Shown: piece after piece, positions 25,455 through 34,833 of the stretch | How the letters are laid out: each line of letters starts with the position of its first letter | Numbering within the stretch: the first letter of the stretch is position 1 | The notes under the pieces: generated by a model | The model's database searches: none | What the model saw: the letters and a program-made list of their open reading frames with translations, nothing else | What the model was told of the DNA's origin: nothing | Made by a program: the position numbers and the translations under genes | Assembly (NCBI GenBank): GCA_963669175.1 | Contig: OY769902.1 | Span: forward strand, 3,744,001-3,808,000 | DNA: 64,000 nt | DNA from: a bacterium | GTDB taxonomy: Bacteria; Electryoneota; Electryoneia; Electryoneales; Electryoneaceae | Reading direction: 5' to 3'

Positions 25455-27884
25455 ATGTTGACCAATATGCTGAAAATAGCCTGGCGGCATTTGCTCCGGA
25501 ACCGGGTACATTCGCTCATTAATATTCTCGGCTTTGCCATTGGCCTGGCCGCTTGTATTGTGATCGTATTGTCTGTGGTGAATGACCTGCAGTATGACCG
25601 TCATTACCCCGGCCCCGGTCATGTATATCGTATTTATATGCAATGGTTCAACGAGGACTACACTGAATCAACGGAATTTGCCCCTACATGCGGCGCCATG
25701 ATGTCACGCATCGCGGACAAATTCCCTGAAGTGATGTCCGCTGTTCGTATGCAGTATTGGGGCCCGCGTGACGTACATCGTGGGGATATTGCCAGTGAGA
25801 ATGTCAGCCTTGAAGTGATTCATTCCGATTCTTCATTCCTGGATGTATTTGGTTATAAAATGGTAAAGGGCAGCCGTGCGGATGTCCTGCGAACACCTCA
25901 AGCGGTATTAATCACGACCACCGCCGCAGAAAAGCTGTTTGGTGTTGAAGACCCCATTGGTAAACCAGTCGTCCTTCCGGGAAACGAAAATGCGTATGTA
26001 GCCGCTGTTGTTGAGGCTCCTCCTGCCGCATCTCATCTTCAATTCGATGTTGTGACTGCATTTGAACTGAACGAAGTAACGCAACAATGGCTGGATAACT
26101 GGCACAGTTTCTGGGTGCTGGGATATCTGCGGCTTCCGGACGATGTCGATCTGGATGCCCTTGAAACCAAAATGGTGTACTGGTTCTATGAGCAGGTTCC
26201 TGAATGGGGACCGGACGAAGACGAGCAGGAACTGATGGAGAAATTGCGTCCATTCCAGTTGATGCCTGTCGAAGATATTCATTTGAACACCGCGCATTTC
26301 CGTTATAATTGGGTCAATTTCAACGGTCAATCAGTGGAGCAGATACAGTTACTTGCAGCTATTGCCGCTGCAATCCTGCTATTGGCCTCGATTAACTTCA
26401 TCAACCTGTCCAGCGCCACAGCGGCCCGACGGGCTCGTGAAGTCGGCTACAGAAAAACGATCGGCGCCGATCCGCTGATACTGAAATTGCAATTCCTGGT
26501 TGAATCCGTTCTGACAACTTTCTTCGCGACTCTTGTTTCGTTCGCGATTGTGGAAATCAGTTCCCCCTGGATGGAATCCCTGATTGGTAAAAATGTCGGC
26601 GGGATGCTGCTGCACAATCCTCTCCTGGCTGCTGCGTTTGTCCTGGCCGCTTTCATTGTTGGAATTCTTGCCGGCCTTTACCCGGCTGCTGTGTTGACTT
26701 CGTTCAAGCCAGTTGATGTCCTTCGTGGTGATTTCAGAACAAGTAAAGCCGGGCGATACTTCCGTCAGGCGCTGGTTGTTTTCCAGTTTACGATTTCCAT
26801 CGTGTTGCTGGTTTCCATGGTGGTCATGATCAATCAACTCAAATATGTTGAGAATCGGGACTGGGGTTATGACCGTGAACAAGTGATGTTCTTCCAGGCA
26901 GGCGAAGGTGATCAGGCCTGGACACGTGATGACATGCTGACTCGTATGAATTCGTCTACCCTCATCGTATCAGCAGGCAGCTCCAACATGGCGCCTGGCG
27001 AACCTCCCCCGTACAACCCGGTTCACATGGGCACGCCGGAACATCCTGACAGCTCTTTCGGCTTCATTCATTATGATGTCCGTGGCGAATGGTTCAAGAC
27101 TCTGGATATTCCTATCCTCCAAGGCAGGAGTTTTAACCCGGAATCCTCGGGTGATATGGAACACTCAGTTCTGATCAATGAGACCGCGGTAGAGATGCTT
27201 GGGCTGGAACATCCCGTAGGCGAACAACTGCTTTGGGGACCGGAAGAGGATATACAAACGAAAACGATAATCGGTGTCGTCCCAGATTTCCATATGGGCA
27301 GCGCACGCGAAGGTCAGGCGCCAGCCATGTTCCACACCTACAATTCCTTCGCCCGGCAGGTAGTTGTACGGTTGCAGGCCGGTCATATTAAAGAGGGGAT
27401 AGCGGAAGTAGAGAAAATCTACCAGGATTATTTCAGCGGAAAACCAAGCTGGTCTTTTCTTGATGAACGCTTTGAGCAAATGTATCGCAGCGACCACCGT
27501 CTGGCCAACAGCATACAGGTGTTCGCGGGATTGGCCATGCTGATCTCCTGCCTGGGTATCCTCGGATTGTCCAGCTATGCGATTGAACAACGCAAGCGTG
27601 AGATCGCAATTCGCAAAGTGCTTGGCGCTGAAGAAGCCGGACTGCTGGTTCTCTTGAACAAAGCCTTCCTTCGCTGGGTTCTATTTGCAAACCTTGTTGC
27701 GCTTCCTCTTGCCGGGTGGCTGATGCACATCTGGCTGGAACAATACGTTTACCGTACTGCTTTGTCGGCGACTCCGTTCCTTATTGCGGCTATCGTAGCA
27801 ATCGGATTGGCCATGATCACAGTTACAGCGCTGACAATTCGAGTTGCGCGCATGCATCCGGCAGATGCGCTTCGTCAGGGCTGA
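25455..27884 (+). CDS. MacB/FtsX-family ABC transporter permease (duplicated architecture)
   Basis: INILGFAIGLA, INFINLS.A....RAREVG.RK..GA and REIAIRKVLGA motifs. Confidence 0.92.
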   Translation: MLTNMLKIAWRHLLRNRVHSLINILGFAIGLAACIVIVLSVVNDLQYDRHYPGPGHVYRIYMQWFNEDYTESTEFAPTCGAMMSRIADKFPEVMSAVRMQYWGPRDVHRGDIASENVSLEVIHSDSSFLDVFGYKMVKGSRADVLRTPQAVLITTTAAEKLFGVEDPIGKPVVLPGNENAYVAAVVEAPPAASHLQFDVVTAFELNEVTQQWLDNWHSFWVLGYLRLPDDVDLDALETKMVYWFYEQVPEWGPDEDEQELMEKLRPFQLMPVEDIHLNTAHFRYNWVNFNGQSVEQIQLLAAIAAAILLLASINFINLSSATAARRAREVGYRKTIGADPLILKLQFLVESVLTTFFATLVSFAIVEISSPWMESLIGKNVGGMLLHNPLLAAAFVLAAFIVGILAGLYPAAVLTSFKPVDVLRGDFRTSKAGRYFRQALVVFQFTISIVLLVSMVVMINQLKYVENRDWGYDREQVMFFQAGEGDQAWTRDDMLTRMNSSTLIVSAGSSNMAPGEPPPYNPVHMGTPEHPDSSFGFIHYDVRGEWFKTLDIPILQGRSFNPESSGDMEHSVLINETAVEMLGLEHPVGEQLLWGPEEDIQTKTIIGVVPDFHMGSAREGQAPAMFHTYNSFARQVVVRLQAGHIKEGIAEVEKIYQDYFSGKPSWSFLDERFEQMYRSDHRLANSIQVFAGLAMLISCLGILGLSSYAIEQRKREIAIRKVLGAEEAGLLVLLNKAFLRWVLFANLVALPLAGWLMHIWLEQYVYRTALSATPFLIAAIVAIGLAMITVTALTIRVARMHPADALRQG

Positions 27885-28041
27885 TAAAATCTGAACGAAC
27901 GTCTCTCCAACTCAGAGAAATACAGGAATTTATTTACACCACTGTGCACACCGATGCGGATTGCCTATATTGTGCACGCGTTGAAGAAAATCGCGAAAAA
28001 TAGCGAACTCTCAGGTTCGTTTTGCACATGGGGGCTAACCT

Positions 28042-29118
28042 ATGCGTATAGGGATTACAACTGGCGGCGGCGACGCTCCCGGTCTGAATGCGGTCATTCG
28101 TGCAGTAGTAAAAACAGCTCGTAAACGCTTCAACTGGGATGTGATTGGAATCGTAGACGGCTTCTCCGGCCTGATTGATACACGAAGAATTATCAACCTT
28201 ACCGAAGCCAGTGTCCGTGGCATTCTGCCCAAGGGCGGCACCATGCTGGGCACCACCAACCGTGGCAACCCGTTCGAATACGAATACAAGAATCTGGACG
28301 AAAGCGTTACCGTTCTCGACCTGTCTGACAAGTGCATGGAGAACTTTGAAGCGCTTGGTCTGGACGCGCTGGTTGTGATCGGCGGCGACGGTACCCAGGG
28401 AATCGCCCAGCGTTTCTTTGAGAAGGGCATGCCGGTTGTTGGCGTACCCAAGACCATTGACAACGACTTGATGGCTACGGACGTAACATTTGGTTACAAC
28501 ACCGCTGTTACCACAGCCACCGAAGCTATCGACAAGCTGCATACCACCGCCGAAGCCCATCACAGGACGATGGTACTGGAAGTCATGGGACGTGATGCGG
28601 GCTGGATTGCCCTCGAAGCCGGTATCGCCGGTGGCGCTGACCTGATCCTGATCCCGGAAATCCAGTACGATGTAAACGCAGCGCTTAAATATATCAAGCA
28701 GCGTTATGCCCGTGGGAGCACGTTCAGTATTGCCGTCGTCGCTGAAGCGGCCGAACCTCGCTACACCAACGGTGAGGAAAAAGTACACCGCCGTGGCAAT
28801 GATTCGCCCGGCCTGGTGTTCGGCGATTTGATCCGCAAACATTTAAAAGTTGACGTTCGTGTGACCGTATTGGGCCATTTGCAGCGTGGCGGTTCACCCA
28901 CCTGTTATGACCGTATGCTCGGTACACGTTTTGGTGTGAAAGCTGCTGAATTGATCGCGGAAGGCAAGTTCGGCCAGATGGTAACCCTGGACGGCCGCTA
29001 TATCAAGGATGTTTCCATCGCGGAAGCATCCGGACAGCAAAAACTGGTTGAACCGGACGGCGAACTTGTCCGGACTGCGGAATCACTGGGCATTTTCTGC
29101 GGCAGGCCACTGAAGTAA
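28042..29118 (+). CDS. pfkA: 6-phosphofructokinase (probably ATP-dependent)
   Basis: GGGDAPGLN, GGDGT, PKTIDND, EVMGR and LGHLQRGG motifs. Confidence 0.95.
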   Translation: MRIGITTGGGDAPGLNAVIRAVVKTARKRFNWDVIGIVDGFSGLIDTRRIINLTEASVRGILPKGGTMLGTTNRGNPFEYEYKNLDESVTVLDLSDKCMENFEALGLDALVVIGGDGTQGIAQRFFEKGMPVVGVPKTIDNDLMATDVTFGYNTAVTTATEAIDKLHTTAEAHHRTMVLEVMGRDAGWIALEAGIAGGADLILIPEIQYDVNAALKYIKQRYARGSTFSIAVVAEAAEPRYTNGEEKVHRRGNDSPGLVFGDLIRKHLKVDVRVTVLGHLQRGGSPTCYDRMLGTRFGVKAAELIAEGKFGQMVTLDGRYIKDVSIAEASGQQKLVEPDGELVRTAESLGIFCGRPLK

Positions 29119-29149
29119 CGATTTTCGTATGTGAGACTCACAAACACTA

Positions 29150-29177
29150 CAGCCAGGGAATTCCCTGGCTGTTTTTT
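29150..29177 (+). terminator. intrinsic terminator
   Basis: CAGCCAGGGAATTCCCTGGCTG followed by a T run. Confidence 0.8.
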
Positions 29178-29211
29178 CTATAACGAAAAATGAATCGCAC
29201 GATTATGGTTC

Positions 29212-30417
29212 TCAGCGCACCAGTTTGTCAATCCGCTCTGCGATCTTGTTCAACGGCAGGATTTCATCAGCCGCGCCTTTTAACGCCACCGCTCCCGGCA
29301 TACCCCAGACGACACACGTCGCTTCATCCTGCACCAGCGAGTAGGCGCCGGCATCGTGCAGGGTTTCCGACCAGTCCGCACCGTCATTCCCCATCCCGGT
29401 TAGCATGACCATCAGCACATTGCTTCCATAAAGCTTGTGTATGGATTCGTACAGAACTTCAACAGATGGTTTACAGCTCTTGACCGGGGCTGTATCCAGT
29501 ATTTCAAGACGGGGCAATCCTTTTGGTCCCCTGACTACCATATGCTTGCCACCCGGCGCGATATACATCGTTCCGGGTTTTACGTGCATCCCGGCTTCAC
29601 CTTCAACCACAGCAATCTTCGAGTCACGGTTCAGTTTTTCTGCAAGTGTCGCCGTAAAAAGGGGTGGCATATGCTGCACAGCAAGAATCGGCAACGGGAA
29701 ATTGGGCTGGAGCAAGGGAACCAGGTTTTGAAGCGCTTGTGGCCCACCAGTTGAGACACCTAATGCAACAACATCAAACTTCAATCCCACAGATGATCTT
29801 CTGGGGGTGGTCGGAACGACGGATGGCTTGGTAATTGGCGCAATTGGCTGACGGCTTGGTATAACAGGTCGTTCTACCGTTCTCGGCGAAAGACCGGTTC
29901 GGGGAGCCGTTTGACGCGCCCCCCCCGCAGGTGGCGCTGATGCAGACAGTGTTGGCTTTGCCCTTGACGCGGCATCTTCTTCACGTACCATTCGCAAGCG
30001 TTTATTCTTGCGTGCAATTATAAAGAGAGGCGTAAGTTCACGGGTAAGCGTGGTAAGGCTGTCTTTAGATGATGTGCTATCCGGTTTGGTGACAAAATCC
30101 AACGCTCCCAGCGAAAGCGCTTCCATCGTTGTACGCGCCTGGTCAGAACTTATGCCACTGACCATTACCGCATCAATCTTCGGGTGCTTGCGTTTGATCT
30201 TTCGCAGGGTTTCAAGGCCGTCCATACCGGGCATGGTCACATCCAGCAACACCAGGTCCGGTGACAGTTCATCAATTTTCTTCAGCGCATCATGTCCATC
30301 CGTCGCCTGCCCTATCACCTTAGCCCCGGGAATATCCCCGACAACTCGCGATAGAATCTGGCGGTATGTAAAAGAATCATCCACAACAAGGACATTCAAT
30401 TCAACTGTCTGCGGCAT
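29212..30417 (-). CDS. cheB: chemotaxis response regulator methylesterase
   Basis: REC domain plus STGG, QHM and GMGNDG motifs. Confidence 0.95.
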   Translation of the reverse strand: MPQTVELNVLVVDDSFTYRQILSRVVGDIPGAKVIGQATDGHDALKKIDELSPDLVLLDVTMPGMDGLETLRKIKRKHPKIDAVMVSGISSDQARTTMEALSLGALDFVTKPDSTSSKDSLTTLTRELTPLFIIARKNKRLRMVREEDAASRAKPTLSASAPPAGGARQTAPRTGLSPRTVERPVIPSRQPIAPITKPSVVPTTPRRSSVGLKFDVVALGVSTGGPQALQNLVPLLQPNFPLPILAVQHMPPLFTATLAEKLNRDSKIAVVEGEAGMHVKPGTMYIAPGGKHMVVRGPKGLPRLEILDTAPVKSCKPSVEVLYESIHKLYGSNVLMVMLTGMGNDGADWSETLHDAGAYSLVQDEATCVVWGMPGAVALKGAADEILPLNKIAERIDKLVR

Positions 30418-30499
30418 CCAGATTCGCCCTCTTTATGGCCTTTGCTGTTTTGTCCCGACGAGATTATATATAGAATACAACCTGTTTTTTTGACGGCGG

Positions 30500-31006
30500 C
30501 TACTCCGCTGCAGTCAATGCACGATTAAGAACTGCCGGATGATCCAGGATGAGAACCAGTCGATCCTCCAGTTTCACCACACCTTCAATGATTCCACTCT
30601 CAACTTCGCTCATGTTGCTCGGTGGTGACAGGATCTCATCCGAATCAATTGTGATTACTTCATCCATCCGTTTTATCAGGAGTCCAACAATGTCATCTCC
30701 CACCCTGGCATTGGCAATCTCCTCATCATCCTGGTGCAGCGCCTGCAACTCAGCGCCGGTTTTCATAATGAGAAGACGTGTATTCTCAAGCGATTCCCTT
30801 GATTTTCCTGTCAGATAATACTCCAGATCGATAATAGTGACGATCTTACCCCGCAGGTTTACCAGTCCGGTAATCTCCCTGGGCGCTCCCGGGACCGGGC
30901 TGGTTCTGAGTTGACGGTGAACTTCCTTGATGAACAGAATGTCAATCCCAAGAATTGTGTCACCTACCAGGAATGTAGCTATCTGCTGATTCATTGTCAG
31001 CTCCAC
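30500..31006 (-). CDS. cheW: chemotaxis coupling protein
   Basis: PVPGAP..ITGLVNLRGKIVTIIDL. Confidence 0.9.
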   Translation of the reverse strand: MELTMNQQIATFLVGDTILGIDILFIKEVHRQLRTSPVPGAPREITGLVNLRGKIVTIIDLEYYLTGKSRESLENTRLLIMKTGAELQALHQDDEEIANARVGDDIVGLLIKRMDEVITIDSDEILSPPSNMSEVESGIIEGVVKLEDRLVLILDHPAVLNRALTAAE

Positions 31007-34000
31007 TAACTCTGTACTGTTTGTGAAATCATCCGATCAATCTTTTGTAGAATCCTGTCCTTGTTCAATTTGGATTCCCAATCGGTGAAACCAAGCTGCT
31101 TCCCTTTTTCCAGGCTGGCCTCATCACCCAGCGAGGTTACCGCCAGGACCGGGATGTTTTTCCACCGCTGATCCTTACGCATCTCCTCGATGACCCCCCA
31201 ACCGTCCAACCGTGGCATCAGGATATCCAGAATAACAGCATCGTATTCATGCTCCGCCAGTTTTTCCAATGCCTTCTCACCATCTTCGGCCGTATGCACT
31301 TCATAGGAAGCGGACTCCAGGTAATCACGTTCGACCATGCGGAAAAACGGTGTATCGTCAACAACAAGAATACGCGGTTTCCTGTCCAGTTTCTCTTTTT
31401 TGAATTCCTCCTGCCCGAACCAGGAAGGTTCAGCCATTTCAAACAGACGGTACAGGTCAGGCATCAGGGTGATTCGTTCTTTGATAATCGCGCTACCGAA
31501 CAACCCAGGGGCAATGATCGTCTTTGTGTCAAGTTCAACCGTGGTTTCCACAGTATCAATAATACGGTTGATCACAACGCCGATCGGCTTTCCACCAATC
31601 TTGGGAATAATGATGCCGATTTCGGTACTATCATCACGATGCGGCGCCTGAACAGGCAGGTAATCCTCCAGCATTAACAACCGTAATTTTTGCTTTCTGT
31701 ACTGGTAATAAGGTTTGTTTTCCAGCCATTCGATATCTGAATAGCTGATTTTTTCAATCCGTGTGATAAGATTCAGCGGCAGCGCAAACCGTTCACTGGC
31801 GCCATTATCAAACACCAACAGGTTTAGAATCTCCCCCGTCTGCTCCTGTTCTTCTGCACTATGATCATCAACGTGCGATTTCATTTTATCGCCGAGGTTT
31901 TCCAGCTTGACCAGGCCGGCAATGCCTGGAGGATCAAGAATCATAGCCACACTGCCATCGCCCATAATTGTTGTTCCACTGAAGCTCTTCATCCGTTGCA
32001 GGAATCGAGGCAACGGTTTCACGACAATCTCCTCCATGCTTTCAACCGCATCGACTTTCGCCGCGAAAGTCTTTTCACCTGCACGAATGATCAGAATATT
32101 CAGTGGCTTATGGCCATTCGTTTTTTCAATCGGATTGATATCACCATGAAACAGAACATCTTCCAGATAGACCAGGGGAATCAGAGTATCTCGCAGGCGC
32201 AGCAGGCTGACACCTTGCACTTTGTTGATTCGTTCGTTGATCTCATGGGGGCGTATACGAACCAGCTCTTCAAGGTTGGCTTGTGGAAGAATGAATCGTT
32301 GATCTCCGACACGTACCACAAGACCGGTAATGATAGCCAGCGTAAGGGGCAACATCAGTCCCATCCTGGTACCTTCACCAACCTGTGATTGAATATCTAC
32401 CGTTCCACCAATCTGCTCGATATTGGTGATGACGACATCCATACCAACACCACGACCGCTGACGCTGGTGATTTTTTCGGCCGTTGAGAAACCCGGACGG
32501 AAAATCAGACGAACCTTGTCAAGGTCGCTCATATTTCCCGCTTCATCTTCATCAATCAGACCTTTCTTGATTGCTGAAGCAGCGATTTTTTCCGGATCGA
32601 TACCTTTCCCATCATCCACGATATCAATATGAACCTGTCCGCCTTCGTGGTAAGCTTCCAGCCTGATATGGCCTTGTCTTGGCTTGCCAAGCTTTTCGCG
32701 TTCATCCGGTGATTCTATCGCATGATCGACAGAATTGCGGATCAGGTGGGTAAGCGGGTCAACCAGCGCTTCAATAATGGATTTATCCAGTTCAACTTCC
32801 TCGCCGCTGGATGCCAGTACGATTTCCTTCTTGAATTGTTTGCTCAGGTCACGGACTACACGGGGGAATTTTCCGAACAGCAGGGAAACAGGCTGCATGC
32901 GAAGATGCATAATCCGTTCCTGCATTTCACTGGTTACCCATGATATGCTCTGCAGGATTGGATTCAGCCCCTGAACTTCCTTTGCCAGGGGAAGCGTTGT
33001 CTGCAATAGCTGGTTTCGACTCAGCACCAGCTCACCGGCCAGATCGACCAGATCGTTCAGCAAACGAACACTGACACGCAGCTTTTCATCGGTCTGAACC
33101 TGTGCAATCTTTGCTGCTGGTTTCTTATCCTTTGTTTTTTCAGGCTTTTCTTTTTCATCGTCCTCTGCTTTCGCTGCCTGTGCCTGCTCTTCTGGTTTTT
33201 GTGTTTCCTGTTTCACTTTAGCCGACGCCGAAGTTGAAGCTGACTTCGCGTGTTTTTCCTGCTCTTTCTTAATCGCTTCCTTTAGTTTCCTGGAGTATTC
33301 TGAGATATCAACCCTGCTGATTGTTTCCTCTGGAAGTTCAAGCCCGACATTGGCCAAATCCGGATCAAGCACTGTGGCGAAAAGGAAAATCAGGACAGGG
33401 TCACTGCCAAAACAGGCTTCCAGACCAACCAGTGATGATTCGTCTATCCTGGATCCAATGATACGTCCAAGCTTGCCAATTTCAGCAAAGTAGTCTTCCA
33501 GGTTGTCGCCTTTTCCAGCCAATACCGACTGAATTCCAACCGTAACCTTATATAAATACTCCCCTGATCGTGCTACCTTTTTCAGCAACTCCTCATCAAG
33601 CTCAAATTCCTCTATCAATTCGGCAGCATTATCATCAGGCGCCGGTTCCTGTTCGGTTTTGGTAGCAGGTGTTTTCTCTTCCTGCTTCTTCCCGGACTTT
33701 TCGTCTTCGCCACCGTTACGAACTTTCTTTATTGCTTCAACTGCCTCCTCGATTTCAACCTCTTCTGATGAAGCCACGTCATTCACCATGGTATTCATCA
33801 GGTCAACACCATCAAGCAGTACGTCAATAACATCCTCAGTAATCTGCATTTTGCCTTCACGCATCAGCGAAAGCAAACTCTCCATTTCGTGACTGAGTGT
33901 ACTGATATTCTGGAAACCAAAAAAACCGGCAGCGCCTTTAATACTGTGAATCGCCCGAAAGATCCTGTTTACTACTTCCTTTTCAACCTCACCAAGGTGC

Positions 34001-34092
34001 TGTTCCATTTCGAGCAGGTCCGGCTCAACATTGGAAAGGTGCTGTTGCGCTTCCTCAATAAAACCGGCAATCAGTTCTTTATCGTCAATCAT
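31006..34092 (-). CDS. cheA: hybrid CheA kinase (Hpt, HATPase, two CheW domains, REC)
   Basis: FRAIHSIKG, RNSVDH and SGRGVGMDVV motifs; C-terminal receiver domain. Confidence 0.95.
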   Translation of the reverse strand: MIDDKELIAGFIEEAQQHLSNVEPDLLEMEQHLGEVEKEVVNRIFRAIHSIKGAAGFFGFQNISTLSHEMESLLSLMREGKMQITEDVIDVLLDGVDLMNTMVNDVASSEEVEIEEAVEAIKKVRNGGEDEKSGKKQEEKTPATKTEQEPAPDDNAAELIEEFELDEELLKKVARSGEYLYKVTVGIQSVLAGKGDNLEDYFAEIGKLGRIIGSRIDESSLVGLEACFGSDPVLIFLFATVLDPDLANVGLELPEETISRVDISEYSRKLKEAIKKEQEKHAKSASTSASAKVKQETQKPEEQAQAAKAEDDEKEKPEKTKDKKPAAKIAQVQTDEKLRVSVRLLNDLVDLAGELVLSRNQLLQTTLPLAKEVQGLNPILQSISWVTSEMQERIMHLRMQPVSLLFGKFPRVVRDLSKQFKKEIVLASSGEEVELDKSIIEALVDPLTHLIRNSVDHAIESPDEREKLGKPRQGHIRLEAYHEGGQVHIDIVDDGKGIDPEKIAASAIKKGLIDEDEAGNMSDLDKVRLIFRPGFSTAEKITSVSGRGVGMDVVITNIEQIGGTVDIQSQVGEGTRMGLMLPLTLAIITGLVVRVGDQRFILPQANLEELVRIRPHEINERINKVQGVSLLRLRDTLIPLVYLEDVLFHGDINPIEKTNGHKPLNILIIRAGEKTFAAKVDAVESMEEIVVKPLPRFLQRMKSFSGTTIMGDGSVAMILDPPGIAGLVKLENLGDKMKSHVDDHSAEEQEQTGEILNLLVFDNGASERFALPLNLITRIEKISYSDIEWLENKPYYQYRKQKLRLLMLEDYLPVQAPHRDDSTEIGIIIPKIGGKPIGVVINRIIDTVETTVELDTKTIIAPGLFGSAIIKERITLMPDLYRLFEMAEPSWFGQEEFKKEKLDRKPRILVVDDTPFFRMVERDYLESASYEVHTAEDGEKALEKLAEHEYDAVILDILMPRLDGWGVIEEMRKDQRWKNIPVLAVTSLGDEASLEKGKQLGFTDWESKLNKDRILQKIDRMISQTVQS

Positions 34093-34408
34093 TGGAATTC
34101 CCCTCCCCATTGATCAGAAAAAGCTTATGCATGCCCAGATTTTCGGTTAGTGAAACCATACTCTCACTCGAATTTACAATACTCGCAACACGTTCTTTTT
34201 CAAGTAGTTCCCTGGAAATACCCAGCAGGAGTATAGCGCCTTTTGCATCAATAGCATTCACTCCAGTGAAATCAATTTCAAGTGAATCCCATTTCCCAGG
34301 TTCTTCTTGCGCTTGTAAAAGAATATCATATACTTCATCTACAATAACCCCGGCCAGATCAGCTTCCGGACATACTGTCAATATTCCGTTTTCGATGTTG
34401 CTTTTCAT
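34085..34408 (-). CDS. STAS-domain (anti-anti-sigma-like) protein
   Basis: 107 aa, IDFTGVNAIDAKG, GGAGG SD, overlaps the cheA start. Confidence 0.75.
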   Translation of the reverse strand: MKSNIENGILTVCPEADLAGVIVDEVYDILLQAQEEPGKWDSLEIDFTGVNAIDAKGAILLLGISRELLEKERVASIVNSSESMVSLTENLGMHKLFLINGEGNSND

Positions 34409-34833
34409 GGTATTGACGCCTCCAATTCCTGCAGTCGGAATCCGTTGGGATTGTCCTTTAGACAAAATGATTTGTCTATTGTTGAGAACTCCGAATTATT
34501 AACCTTTTTTTCAACGTCACTTTGCAGTATTTGGTCAAGATAACCTCCTGTATAAAATGCTCCTACTGTGTTTTCCCCAAAAGTGTTGCTCATGGAAACA
34601 AATGCCTGCCCCCCTTTATCGTGCTTGCAGATCAGTCCATGAAAAGGGTATTTTGATGTTATACTGTTTCTTGAGAAATCATGACTGAAGACAAGCGTGA
34701 AGATTGTAGACAATTCATGATTATATCGTCCGAAAAACTATTGCTGAAACCGATTTTTAACTCAGCAAGATTACATGCATAGACCTGTCATCGAAGATTC
34801 TTGAACCGTTCATTCAACGTAAAGGGGGAATTG

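Noticed and set aside
27934-28842. 302-aa antisense ORF over pfkA, and similar shadow ORFs over conserved genes
   Set aside because: Explained by codon bias on the opposite strand; no independent motifs.
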